DNA of 32,000 nucleotides, taken from positions 5,160,001-5,192,000 of the forward strand of contig NC_010296.1 in assembly GCF_000010625.1 (NCBI RefSeq), written 5' to 3'. Numbering within the stretch: position 1 is the stretch's first letter; every line of letters starts with the position of its first letter. This DNA comes from Microcystis aeruginosa NIES-843 (GTDB lineage Bacteria > Cyanobacteriota > Cyanobacteriia > Cyanobacteriales > Microcystaceae). The notes under the pieces are model-generated. The model was given only the letters and a program-made list of their open reading frames with translations. It ran no database searches and was not told where the DNA came from. The position numbers and the translations under genes were made by a program. This document shows, one piece after another, positions 7,169 through 14,185 of the stretch.

Positions 7169-7504
7169 TTAAGCGACAGCGAAGCCTGTATATTGACGTA
7201 TTTTAGGTTCATGGAATCCCAAAACAATATCTTCTTTAGCAATGCCTGCGCTTAGTAATTCTTTGGTGATACCGTCTTCGGTGTTGTCACATTGTACCCA
7301 AATTTTGTCGTTAATAATTTCTAAATGAATCAGACAATCATGATAACGCTGATTCTGTTGCCAACCTTCTGAAATGACGAGATATTGATCATTCTGAGGA
7401 TCAAAAGCTAGACGATTTTGAATGTCCGCATTGTTATAAATAATTTGGCTATAGGGGACAAGAATCTGATGAATAATTTTGCGGTAATGGTTTAGTTTAT
7501 CCAT
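7169..7504 (-). CDS. xisI: XisI family protein (second copy)
   Basis: The 111-aa product contains YLVISEGWQQNQRYHDCLIHLEIINDKIWVQCDNTEDGITKELLSAGI...YTGFAVA, parallel to 1840..2178. The downstream flank attgcggt.ttgagaattgtccatcatatttgaa is shared with the first copy. Confidence 0.85.
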   Translation of the reverse strand: MDKLNHYRKIIHQILVPYSQIIYNNADIQNRLAFDPQNDQYLVISEGWQQNQRYHDCLIHLEIINDKIWVQCDNTEDGITKELLSAGIAKEDIVLGFHEPKIRQYTGFAVA

Positions 7505-7655
7505 TGGGTGATTACCTCATTGTCATGGTTAAAGATAATTAGTTTTAGTGTTTTTTCTTCAAGGAGTATTTGACCAATTTCTTGATGAAATAAGCTGTTG
7601 AAAGTTTTTTCCCGAATAGCAAGATAAAGAGTTCTATCTAAAAGTTGGCGAAAGT
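7492..7655 (-). pseudogene. XisH 5'-truncated remnant
   Basis: The frame NFRQLLDRTLYLAIREKTFNSLFHQEIGQILLEEKTLKLIIFNHDNEVITQWIN* matches the C-terminal third of XisH and overlaps the xisI ATG, as in intact pairs. A stop lies immediately upstream and there is no N-terminal part. Confidence 0.65.
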
Positions 7656-7661
7656 TTTATC

Positions 7662-7907
7662 TTAGACTGAGACTAATTCAGGTTCACTGATCAGCCGTAG
7701 AAGTTTTGAGTGATCAACGGTTTCCATCGCAAAGGTTTGGCCGTTTTGATCGGTAAAATCAATCAGAAAAGCTTGCTGATTAAAAGACATTAAAACAGTT
7801 CCCATTTGTCCGCGACGCAGAAGGATGGGCTGATGGGTCGTTTTGTGAGTAGCCGTAACATCTTCCGTTAGGGCAACGAGATCGTATTCTTGAATGGTGT
7901 TCATCAT
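7662..7907 (-). CDS. DUF4926-like small protein, third gene of the TIR-STAND operon
   Basis: The 81-aa product reads EYDLVALTEDV...LRRGQMGTVLMSFNQQAFLIDFTDQNGQTFAMETV, as I recall the DUF4926 pattern. Its start is 7 nt after the stop of the DUF6883-like gene. Confidence 0.6.
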   Translation of the reverse strand: MMNTIQEYDLVALTEDVTATHKTTHQPILLRRGQMGTVLMSFNQQAFLIDFTDQNGQTFAMETVDHSKLLRLISEPELVSV

Positions 7908-7914
7908 GGGCTAG

Positions 7915-8247
7915 TTAATTAATGGGATAGACATTAGTAAGACGAGGAAAATTTTCAGTTATTTGGACAATCCAGCAACTTAAAATTAAGGATTCTCCGA
8001 TGTCGGTACAGAGGTTAAATTTCAGATCATAGTGAGTGCCATATTGATCGATTTTATAAAGTTCGGCTTCTCCTTCCATTACTGCTTTTTTAAGAGCATT
8101 TTCTAGGATTTCTTTATTAGCTAAGGTAATCCCTAATCTTTGTTTGAAAAGCAAGGCTTTATGTTTTCCTTTTGAATGCTCAGGATTGAGGCAGTAACGT
8201 TCAAGTTTGTCTCCTAGGTTGGCTTGATCGGCATTAGGAAGTTTCAT
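7915..8247 (-). CDS. DUF6883-like small protein, second gene of the TIR-STAND operon
   Basis: The 110-aa product contains KLERYCLNPEHSKGKHKALLFKQRLGITLAN...DQYGTHYDLKF...SCWIV...FPRLTNVYP. This matches my memory of the DUF6883 consensus (K..dYcLn..Hp.G.hKA.vF...LG.t...YG.rY...F....sWIv....PRL.t.Y). Its ATG lies 1 nt after the stop of the 961-aa gene. Confidence 0.6.
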   Translation of the reverse strand: MKLPNADQANLGDKLERYCLNPEHSKGKHKALLFKQRLGITLANKEILENALKKAVMEGEAELYKIDQYGTHYDLKFNLCTDIGESLILSCWIVQITENFPRLTNVYPIN

Positions 8248-8248
8248 T

Positions 8249-11134
8249 TTATTTGTTGGCTTCTCCTAAGTTTCCCTGAATTTGCCCTAACAGTTCCTCA
8301 CAATCTTTAACCAAGGGAATCCCCAATTCTTGGCATAATTTAAGCGCTTCTTGGCAATGGCTGAGGGCAAGTTCAGGGCGATTAGTTTTGTGGAAGATTT
8401 CGGCAAGAACTCTTAAACTATAGGCGATTAAATATTTATAATCAATATCTTGAGAAATTACTAAGGATGCTTGAATTTTGCTTTCGGCTTCGCTGTAGTT
8501 TTCTAGTTTGAGCAATATACTCCCTATAGTATGTAGAGAAGATGCTACCCCTTGCCAATCGCCGATTTTTTCACTGATGTCGAGAGATTGCTGGTGATAG
8601 GCGATCGCTTTTTCATACTGTCCCAAGGAAGAATAACAATTGCTTAGATTACCGAAAGAAATTGCCACCCCTTGCCGAAAGCTGATTTTTTCACTGATGT
8701 CGTGATATTGCTGGTAGAGGTCGATCGCTTTTTCATACTGTCCTAGGTCATAATAACAATTGCCTAAATTCCCGAGAGAAATTGCCACCCCTTTCCGATC
8801 GCCCATTGCTTCACTGATGTCGTGACATTGCTGGTGATAGAAAATTGCTTTTTCATACTGCCCCAAGGACTTATAACAATTGCCTAAATTACCGAGAGAA
8901 CTTGCCACCCCTTGCCGATAGCCGATTTCTTCACTGATTTCGAGAGATTGCTGATGATAGGCGATCGCCTTTTCATACTGCCCTAACGAGTAATAACAAC
9001 TACCCATATTGCCTAAAGAAATTGCCACCCCTCGCCGATCGCCGATTTCTTCACTGATGTCGTGATATTGCTGGTGATAGGCGATCGCCTTGTCATACTT
9101 CCCTAACGACTTATAACAAAATCCCAGATTGCCTAAAGAAATTGCCACCCCTTGCCAATCTTCCATTTCCTTACTGATGTCGAGACATTGCTGGTTGAAT
9201 GCGATCGCTTTTTCGTACTGTCCCAAGGAACGATAACAACTTCCCAAATAACTTAACGAGTTACGATAACAAACTTGTTCCCGTTGACTCCCTGCAATCA
9301 CCTGTTCATAATGATCTGCTTGCTTACGATAAAATCCTTGTAAATCTAAAAAACTATCAACCGATTTATTTTTCCATTCTCCGCCTCGATCCTCATCCAA
9401 AATATCGTAAGCTAACTGCCATTCTCCCAATTCCCCTGCATGGTAAAACGCCTCTAAATATTCCTTCAAATCTTCCAAGGATTCCCAGGGAGGGACAGGT
9501 AAATGAGCTAAATAATAATCTAAGGCTAATTGATGGGCAGATCGCAATATTTCAGGATTTGCTTGATCTTGCACCACCATGGAAATTAAAGGCAAAAACT
9601 GAAACTGTCGCCGTTTTACATTGTATTCGGGGGGAAATTCTTGTAATAAAGACAAACGAGCTAAATAGCGTAAATCTTCCTCAGTTATTTCTGGAATTAA
9701 CCCCTGGGCTAACCTGTCATCAAAATTCTCCCGCAGTACCGACAACCGCGTTAAACTCTCCCTAAATTCTTTCGATAATCGCTCTAAACTGGCGGTAATC
9801 ACTTCTCTAACACAGGTTTCCGTGTCGCGGTGATACCCTTCCACATCAAACATATTTAAGCCCAAATTTTGCGACTCAGTGACAGAAACCCCTTTCCCAA
9901 ACTTATCTTTCATCAAACTACAAACCAGTTCCATTAAGAGGGGATGACCTCCCATTTTATCGACAAATTGGGCTAATTCTTCATCGCTTCCCGTTAAGCC
10001 GTGATCTTCGGTGACATAACGCATCGCATCCGCTTCTTTTAACCCTTTTAAAGGCCAAGAATAATAATAATCTTGCAAATTGACGGGGAATTTTAGCTGT
10101 TCTCGACTGGTGACTAATAGCTTACTGCTGCTTTCTGTGTTTAACCATTTTTGCAAGAATTGCTGATAAACCAAATTTACTGGGGCAGTTAGTACCGTTT
10201 CCAAATTATTCAACACTAATAAACAGGGTTTAGCGGTTAACCCTTTGCTGATTGCGTCTATTAATTGCCCATCATTCCATTTTTCATCATAATTTTGTTT
10301 TAACTCCTCTAATAACCACCGTCCGAACTGTGCCAAAGGGTAAGGCTGGTTAAAATTAACCCATAATACCGGCCAATCAGCAGTTAATTGATCTGTAAAC
10401 TTTCTCGCCAGAGCAGTTTTACCATAACCCCCGGCGGCGGTAATCTCGATTAACCTTAGATGGTCATTCCCTAACGCTGTTTGGAGTTCTTGCAATTCTT
10501 CCCGTCGTCCTTGCCATCTACGCACGGGTGGGAGTTGCGTATCCACTAACCCAGAGGTGGTCAGGGGTTGGACCGCTTTTTTAGAGGGTTCAGACTGTTT
10601 TTTTTTAGATTCTTCAATCAGCGATCGCAATTTATCCTCAACGGATACGAAAACTTTTTCATATTCTGATTTCTTTAGATCACAGAGAGGATTGCTGGGA
10701 GAATTATTGCTAGGAGACTGAAATTGATGTAAGTAAAATCTTTGTTCTATTCCCTCTTCATTAGTGTATTTAAAAGAAACACTTTTCACAGTAGAATGTC
10801 TAAGAAATATAGGAATTATAACGACTCCTTCTTCTTCACGTCTTTTCAAAATACGGGGTAATTCTTCATTCTTCACATAACGAGAATTAAGCAGATCTTG
10901 GCTAACCAAGACCATCGCAATTGTTACTTGTGATAAACTGTCTTTAATTTTTTCATCCCAAATATCCCCCGGTTGTATGTCGATATCTGACCAGACTATT
11001 TTTTCCTCATCATTCAGAGGTTCGAGAAATTTTAACAGTCTGTCTCTCCATCCTTTGTCTTGGTGGGAATAACAAATAAAAATTGATGGCATATCTTTTT
11101 CCTCTGACATAACCACTTTTCTGTTATACCACAT
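8249..11134 (-). CDS. TIR domain / NB-ARC-type STAND P-loop NTPase / TPR-repeat protein (bacterial NLR-like)
   Basis: The N-terminus is TIR-like: IFICYSHQDKGWRDRLLKFLEPL...VLVSQDLLNSRYVKNEELPRIL...IIPIFL. The centre carries Walker A AAGGYGKTALA, a Walker B-like CLLVLNNLE, LLVTSRE and GGHPLLMEL (a GxP motif). The C-terminus has about 8 x 40-aa TPR units (LGNLGNCYxSLGQYEKAIxYHQQ). The start could instead be the ATG at 11110 (MSEEKD...). Confidence 0.85.
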   Translation of the reverse strand: MWYNRKVVMSEEKDMPSIFICYSHQDKGWRDRLLKFLEPLNDEEKIVWSDIDIQPGDIWDEKIKDSLSQVTIAMVLVSQDLLNSRYVKNEELPRILKRREEEGVVIIPIFLRHSTVKSVSFKYTNEEGIEQRFYLHQFQSPSNNSPSNPLCDLKKSEYEKVFVSVEDKLRSLIEESKKKQSEPSKKAVQPLTTSGLVDTQLPPVRRWQGRREELQELQTALGNDHLRLIEITAAGGYGKTALARKFTDQLTADWPVLWVNFNQPYPLAQFGRWLLEELKQNYDEKWNDGQLIDAISKGLTAKPCLLVLNNLETVLTAPVNLVYQQFLQKWLNTESSSKLLVTSREQLKFPVNLQDYYYSWPLKGLKEADAMRYVTEDHGLTGSDEELAQFVDKMGGHPLLMELVCSLMKDKFGKGVSVTESQNLGLNMFDVEGYHRDTETCVREVITASLERLSKEFRESLTRLSVLRENFDDRLAQGLIPEITEEDLRYLARLSLLQEFPPEYNVKRRQFQFLPLISMVVQDQANPEILRSAHQLALDYYLAHLPVPPWESLEDLKEYLEAFYHAGELGEWQLAYDILDEDRGGEWKNKSVDSFLDLQGFYRKQADHYEQVIAGSQREQVCYRNSLSYLGSCYRSLGQYEKAIAFNQQCLDISKEMEDWQGVAISLGNLGFCYKSLGKYDKAIAYHQQYHDISEEIGDRRGVAISLGNMGSCYYSLGQYEKAIAYHQQSLEISEEIGYRQGVASSLGNLGNCYKSLGQYEKAIFYHQQCHDISEAMGDRKGVAISLGNLGNCYYDLGQYEKAIDLYQQYHDISEKISFRQGVAISFGNLSNCYSSLGQYEKAIAYHQQSLDISEKIGDWQGVASSLHTIGSILLKLENYSEAESKIQASLVISQDIDYKYLIAYSLRVLAEIFHKTNRPELALSHCQEALKLCQELGIPLVKDCEELLGQIQGNLGEANK
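8500..9260. repeat. Intragenic 120-bp tandem periodicity (TPR-coding units)
   Basis: The motif (a/c)ttgccacccct(t/c)(g/t)cc recurs at 8661, 8781, 8901, 9021 and 9141. A related copy, gatgctaccccttgcc, lies in the same register at 8541, giving an exact 120-nt spacing. Long near-identical stretches occur between units. Confidence 0.85.
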
Positions 11135-11141
11135 CTAACCC

Positions 11142-11174
11142 AGAAAACGGGTTTCTCTAAGAAACCCGTTTTCT
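11142..11174. other. Perfect 15-bp-arm palindrome (hairpin) just upstream of the TIR-STAND start
   Basis: The sequence agaaaacgggtttct-cta-agaaacccgttttct begins 8 nt upstream of the ATG at 11134. No flanking T-run is present on either strand, so it is not a canonical terminator. Confidence 0.6.
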
Positions 11175-11227
11175 AACTTAAGATTGGTCGATTTCAATCC
11201 CGGCTACTTCTTTCAAACATTTTGTAA

Positions 11228-11374
11228 ATGGCCCTGTTTGAAGCCTATCACGTTCCGCTCTATTTAAAAGCAGAACAGATCTTGATCATGGATAATTATA
11301 CTTGTCTCCATTCTCGCCAATCCTACATTGACCCCAATCGCTGTCTTGAAAGGGTAATGTTCGATGTTCCCTAA
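11228..11374 (+). pseudogene. TauD/TfdA-family dioxygenase C-terminal fragment
   Basis: The 48-aa frame MALFEAYHVPLYLKAEQILIMDNYTCLHSRQSYIDPNRCLERVMFDVP* resembles the C-terminal (d)lLi.DN.r.lHgR..f....R.L.R block of TauD-like enzymes. An in-frame stop lies immediately upstream. Confidence 0.4.
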
Positions 11375-11409
11375 CGGGAAATCGGGGTTAACTACCGGCT
11401 TTATAAGTA

Positions 11410-11483
<74 letters not shown>

Positions 11484-11567
11484 GTTGCTTTATCTAGTAT
11501 AGAACTAAATCTCGGTAAATGCCAAGGAGTTTGTAATATTCCTTTACATTTACCGTCCGACCAGAGG

Positions 11568-13295
11568 TTAATACTTACGTTCCACGGGGGTGAAATCCTG
11601 AATCACCACGGGCATATAGTCGATATCGATGCCGGAGGGGGAATAATAGGCGAGGGTATGCTGAAGGAAATTTTGGTCATCCCGTTGGGGAAAATCTTCG
11701 CGGGAATGGGCCCCTCGGCTTTCTTGACGATTGAGGGCAGAGGTGAGGATAATTTCCCCCACCACCATGAGACTTTGTAATTCCCAGGCCTCGATTAGTT
11801 CCGTATTCCAGCAATCCCCCCTATCATCGAGGTAAATCTGCTCGTATTGGCGCTTTAATTCGCCGATTTGTTTAATTCCCTCGCGCATGGTCGCTTCGGT
11901 GCGAAAAACGCCGCAATGTTGGGTCATACAGTCTTGGAATTGCTGACGTAGTTGACCGATGCGAATCGTGCCTTTTTTGGTCAATAAAGCGGTGATTTCC
12001 TCTTTGGCATCCTGAAGGTAAATATCGGGATTAAAGACGGGAAAAGCGCGTTTTTCGACGTATTTAGCGATCGATTTGCCGGTTCTTCTCCCATAGACCA
12101 CACATTCTAACAGGGAATTACTGCCCAAACGATTGGCCCCGTGGACGGAGACACAGGAACATTCCCCGGCGGAGAAAAAGCCTTCGCTGAGGGTATCGGC
12201 ACTTAAGCGAACGCGACCATCGGTATTAACGGGAATGCCTCCCATACAATAGTGAACTGTAGGACGGACGGGCATCGGTTCCTCTACCGCATCGACACCG
12301 ACGAGACGGTGGGCCTCCTCCCAACAAAAGGGAATGCGACTCATAATTTTTTCCCGGCCTAAATGGCGTAAATCCAGATAGACAAAGGGACCCCCGGCGC
12401 TACCGTCCAGATTTACCCCCCGGCCGGCGCGAATTTCTAGGGTAATGGCCCGGGAAGTGATGTCCCGGGGTGCCAATTCCATGCGCGAGGGGGCGTAGTC
12501 TTCCATAAAACGACGACCTTCGCTATTGATTAAATAAGCGCCTTCACCCCGGACCGCTTCCGAGATTAAAACACCGACGGGATAGAGTCCCGTGGGGTGA
12601 AATTGGACAAATTCCATGTCTTCTAGGGGAATACCCGCTTTTGCCGATAAAGCTAAACCGTCTCCCGTACAGGCGAAATCGTTGGAGGTGGTGTTATAAA
12701 CGCGACCATAGCCCCCCGTCCCGAACATAATTGCTTTTGCCCGGAGGATTTCTAACTGTCCGGTGGCGATTTGGTACATTACTACCCCTTTAGCCGTACC
12801 TTCTTCGAGGATAAGACGCAAAACGTACCATTCATCGTAGATTTTTACCTGATTACGGCCTAAATTGCTGACTAATTCGTGCAGCATGGCGTGACCGGTT
12901 TTATCGGCGGCGTAACAGGCACGGTTATGGCTGTGACCGCCAAAGGCTCTTTGGGCAATGCGTCCATCTTCGAGACGGGAGAATAACACGCCTAGATGTT
13001 CCAATTCGATGATAACTTCGGGGGCTTCTTTGGTGAGAATATCCACTGCATCCTGGTCAGCCAGAAAATCGGAACCTTTGACAGTATCGTAGGCGTGGGC
13101 CTTGGGATTATCTTTGGGGTCAACGTTTTGCAGGGCGGCGGCGATACCTCCCTGGGCGGCGACGGAGTGGGAACGAATCGGGTGGGTTTTGGCAACGACA
13201 GCAACATCGATAGTCGGGTTGAGGCGTTTGATTTCTAAGGCGGCGCGGCATCCTGCTAACCCACCGCCCACTATAACGACATCGTGTTCTTTCAT
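11568..13295 (-). CDS. sdhA: Succinate dehydrogenase/fumarate reductase flavoprotein subunit
   Basis: The 575-aa product has an N-terminal FAD-binding [26 protein letters not shown] carries the covalent-FAD histidine context. HPTG, RGEG and the C-terminal [11 protein letters not shown] blocks are also present. Confidence 0.9.
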   Translation of the reverse strand: MKEHDVVIVGGGLAGCRAALEIKRLNPTIDVAVVAKTHPIRSHSVAAQGGIAAALQNVDPKDNPKAHAYDTVKGSDFLADQDAVDILTKEAPEVIIELEHLGVLFSRLEDGRIAQRAFGGHSHNRACYAADKTGHAMLHELVSNLGRNQVKIYDEWYVLRLILEEGTAKGVVMYQIATGQLEILRAKAIMFGTGGYGRVYNTTSNDFACTGDGLALSAKAGIPLEDMEFVQFHPTGLYPVGVLISEAVRGEGAYLINSEGRRFMEDYAPSRMELAPRDITSRAITLEIRAGRGVNLDGSAGGPFVYLDLRHLGREKIMSRIPFCWEEAHRLVGVDAVEEPMPVRPTVHYCMGGIPVNTDGRVRLSADTLSEGFFSAGECSCVSVHGANRLGSNSLLECVVYGRRTGKSIAKYVEKRAFPVFNPDIYLQDAKEEITALLTKKGTIRIGQLRQQFQDCMTQHCGVFRTEATMREGIKQIGELKRQYEQIYLDDRGDCWNTELIEAWELQSLMVVGEIILTSALNRQESRGAHSREDFPQRDDQNFLQHTLAYYSPSGIDIDYMPVVIQDFTPVERKY

Positions 13296-13381
13296 GGCTG
13301 ATTTTTCTAGGGGCTTCTGTTTCTATGGTGGGGTGAGAATTGCTCGGAAGTCAGTTTTGTAACCGAGACTTTATATTTCAC

Positions 13382-13451
13382 GAGACAGGAGACAGGAGAT
13401 AAGAGACAGGAGACAGGAGACAGGAGGCAGGAGATAGGAGATAGGAGACAG
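13382..13451. repeat. Heptamer STRR array (GAGACAG family, 10 units with variants)
   Basis: The units read gagacag gagacag gagataa gagacag gagacag gagacag gaggcag gagatag gagatag gagacag. The array lies ~87 nt upstream of the sdhA start. Confidence 0.9.
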
Positions 13452-13486
13452 TAGCCGGTCGTCAGGAGACTATTTTTATTGATTCT

Positions 13487-13616
13487 CCCCACTTCCCCAC
13501 TTCCCCACTTCCCCACTTCCCCACTTCCCCACTTCCCCACTTCCCCACACCCCACACCCCACACCCCACACCCCACACCCCACACCCCACACCCCACACC
13601 CCACACCCCACACCCC
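13487..13616. repeat. Adjacent C-rich tandem arrays: (CCCCACTT)x7 then (CCCCACA)x10
   Basis: Octamer units start at 13487, 13495 ... 13535. Heptamer units start at 13543 ... 13606, followed by a final CCCC. The complementary strand is GGGG-N3/4 repeated 18 times. Confidence 0.95.
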
Positions 13617-13649
13617 AAAAAAACAACCCGCGGCAGTTAACCGCGAGTT
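13612..13649 (-). terminator. Probable intrinsic terminator of petE
   Basis: The hairpin lies 23 nt past the petE stop. On the minus strand it reads aactCGCGGttaactgCCGCGggtt, extendable with one mismatch, and is followed by gttttttt. Confidence 0.55.
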
Positions 13650-13671
13650 ATTTTTGCTTAAAATCGGATAA

Positions 13672-14049
13672 TTACTGAACGGTAATCGTTCCGACCATAC
13701 CGGCGCCGCGATGGGGTTCGCAGTAGTAGGTGTAAGTACCCGGTTCGCTGAAAGTGCTTTCAAAGGACTCACCGGCGGAAAAAGCCAGACCTTTATGGGA
13801 TAATTTGCTGGCTTGGGCTTCGGGAACCTTGGTGCTATCGAAAACTATGTTATGGGGAGAAAGTTTGTTATTGACCCATTTCACCGTATCTCCTGCTTTA
13901 ATAGTGAGGGCGGGGGGATCAAATTGTAGTGTACCTGCATCACCGCCCATCTTCACTGTGAAGGTTTCGGCGGAAGCGGCGGCAGTGTTGAAGAAGAAGC
14001 TAGAGACGACTAGCACCAGGGTAGCGACCAATAAACCTAATTTTTTCAT
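13672..14049 (-). CDS. petE: Plastocyanin precursor
   Basis: The 125-aa product has a signal peptide ([27 protein letters not shown]). The mature sequence is [18 protein letters not shown]...PHNIVFD...[20 protein letters not shown], with the type-1 copper ligand pattern H...C..H....M. Confidence 0.95.
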   Translation of the reverse strand: MKKLGLLVATLVLVVSSFFFNTAAASAETFTVKMGGDAGTLQFDPPALTIKAGDTVKWVNNKLSPHNIVFDSTKVPEAQASKLSHKGLAFSAGESFESTFSEPGTYTYYCEPHRGAGMVGTITVQ

Positions 14050-14080
14050 GCTTGTTAATCCTTTACACGAGGGAAGATGA

Positions 14081-14185
14081 CAAGTTTGACAGCCTGTCTT
14101 TTGACAAAAAAGTAAAAGTTTGCTTTTAACTGTCCCATTGATTAATTCTACACCAAGTTTGACAGCTTGTCTTTTGACAAGAAAA
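14081..14185. promoter_or_regulatory. Duplicated ~31-bp box in the divergent petE-petJ intergenic region (candidate operator pair)
   Basis: caagtttgacagcctgtcttttgacaaaaaa (14081-14111) and caagtttgacagcttgtcttttgacaagaaaa (14154-14185) lie 73 bp apart. Each contains TTTGACA twice. The first contains the dyad GACAG-c-CTGTC (GAC-N5-GTC). Confidence 0.5.

Noticed and set aside
9199-9765. 188-aa plus-strand ORF
   Set aside because: It lies antisense and entirely inside the well-supported TIR-STAND-TPR gene. It has a low-complexity composition and no recognisable motifs.
1-11400. Looked for an integrase, excisionase or att repeat that would define the island as an integrative element
   Set aside because: None is visible in the window. 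Only an IS30 transposase tail fragment is present, so the mobile-island interpretation stays inferential.
12992-13362. Small ORFs on both strands within or over the sdhA 5' region (12992..13207, 12996..13238, 13102..13362)
   Set aside because: They overlap the strongly supported sdhA frame. They are GC-rich alternative frames with no independent support.
13307-13772. ORFs 13307..13618 and 13476..13772 with GVWGVGC / GEVGKWGS repeats
   Set aside because: These are translations of the CCCCACA, CCCCACTT and GAGACAG tandem arrays between sdhA and petE. There is no start context, and one overlaps the petE 3' end.
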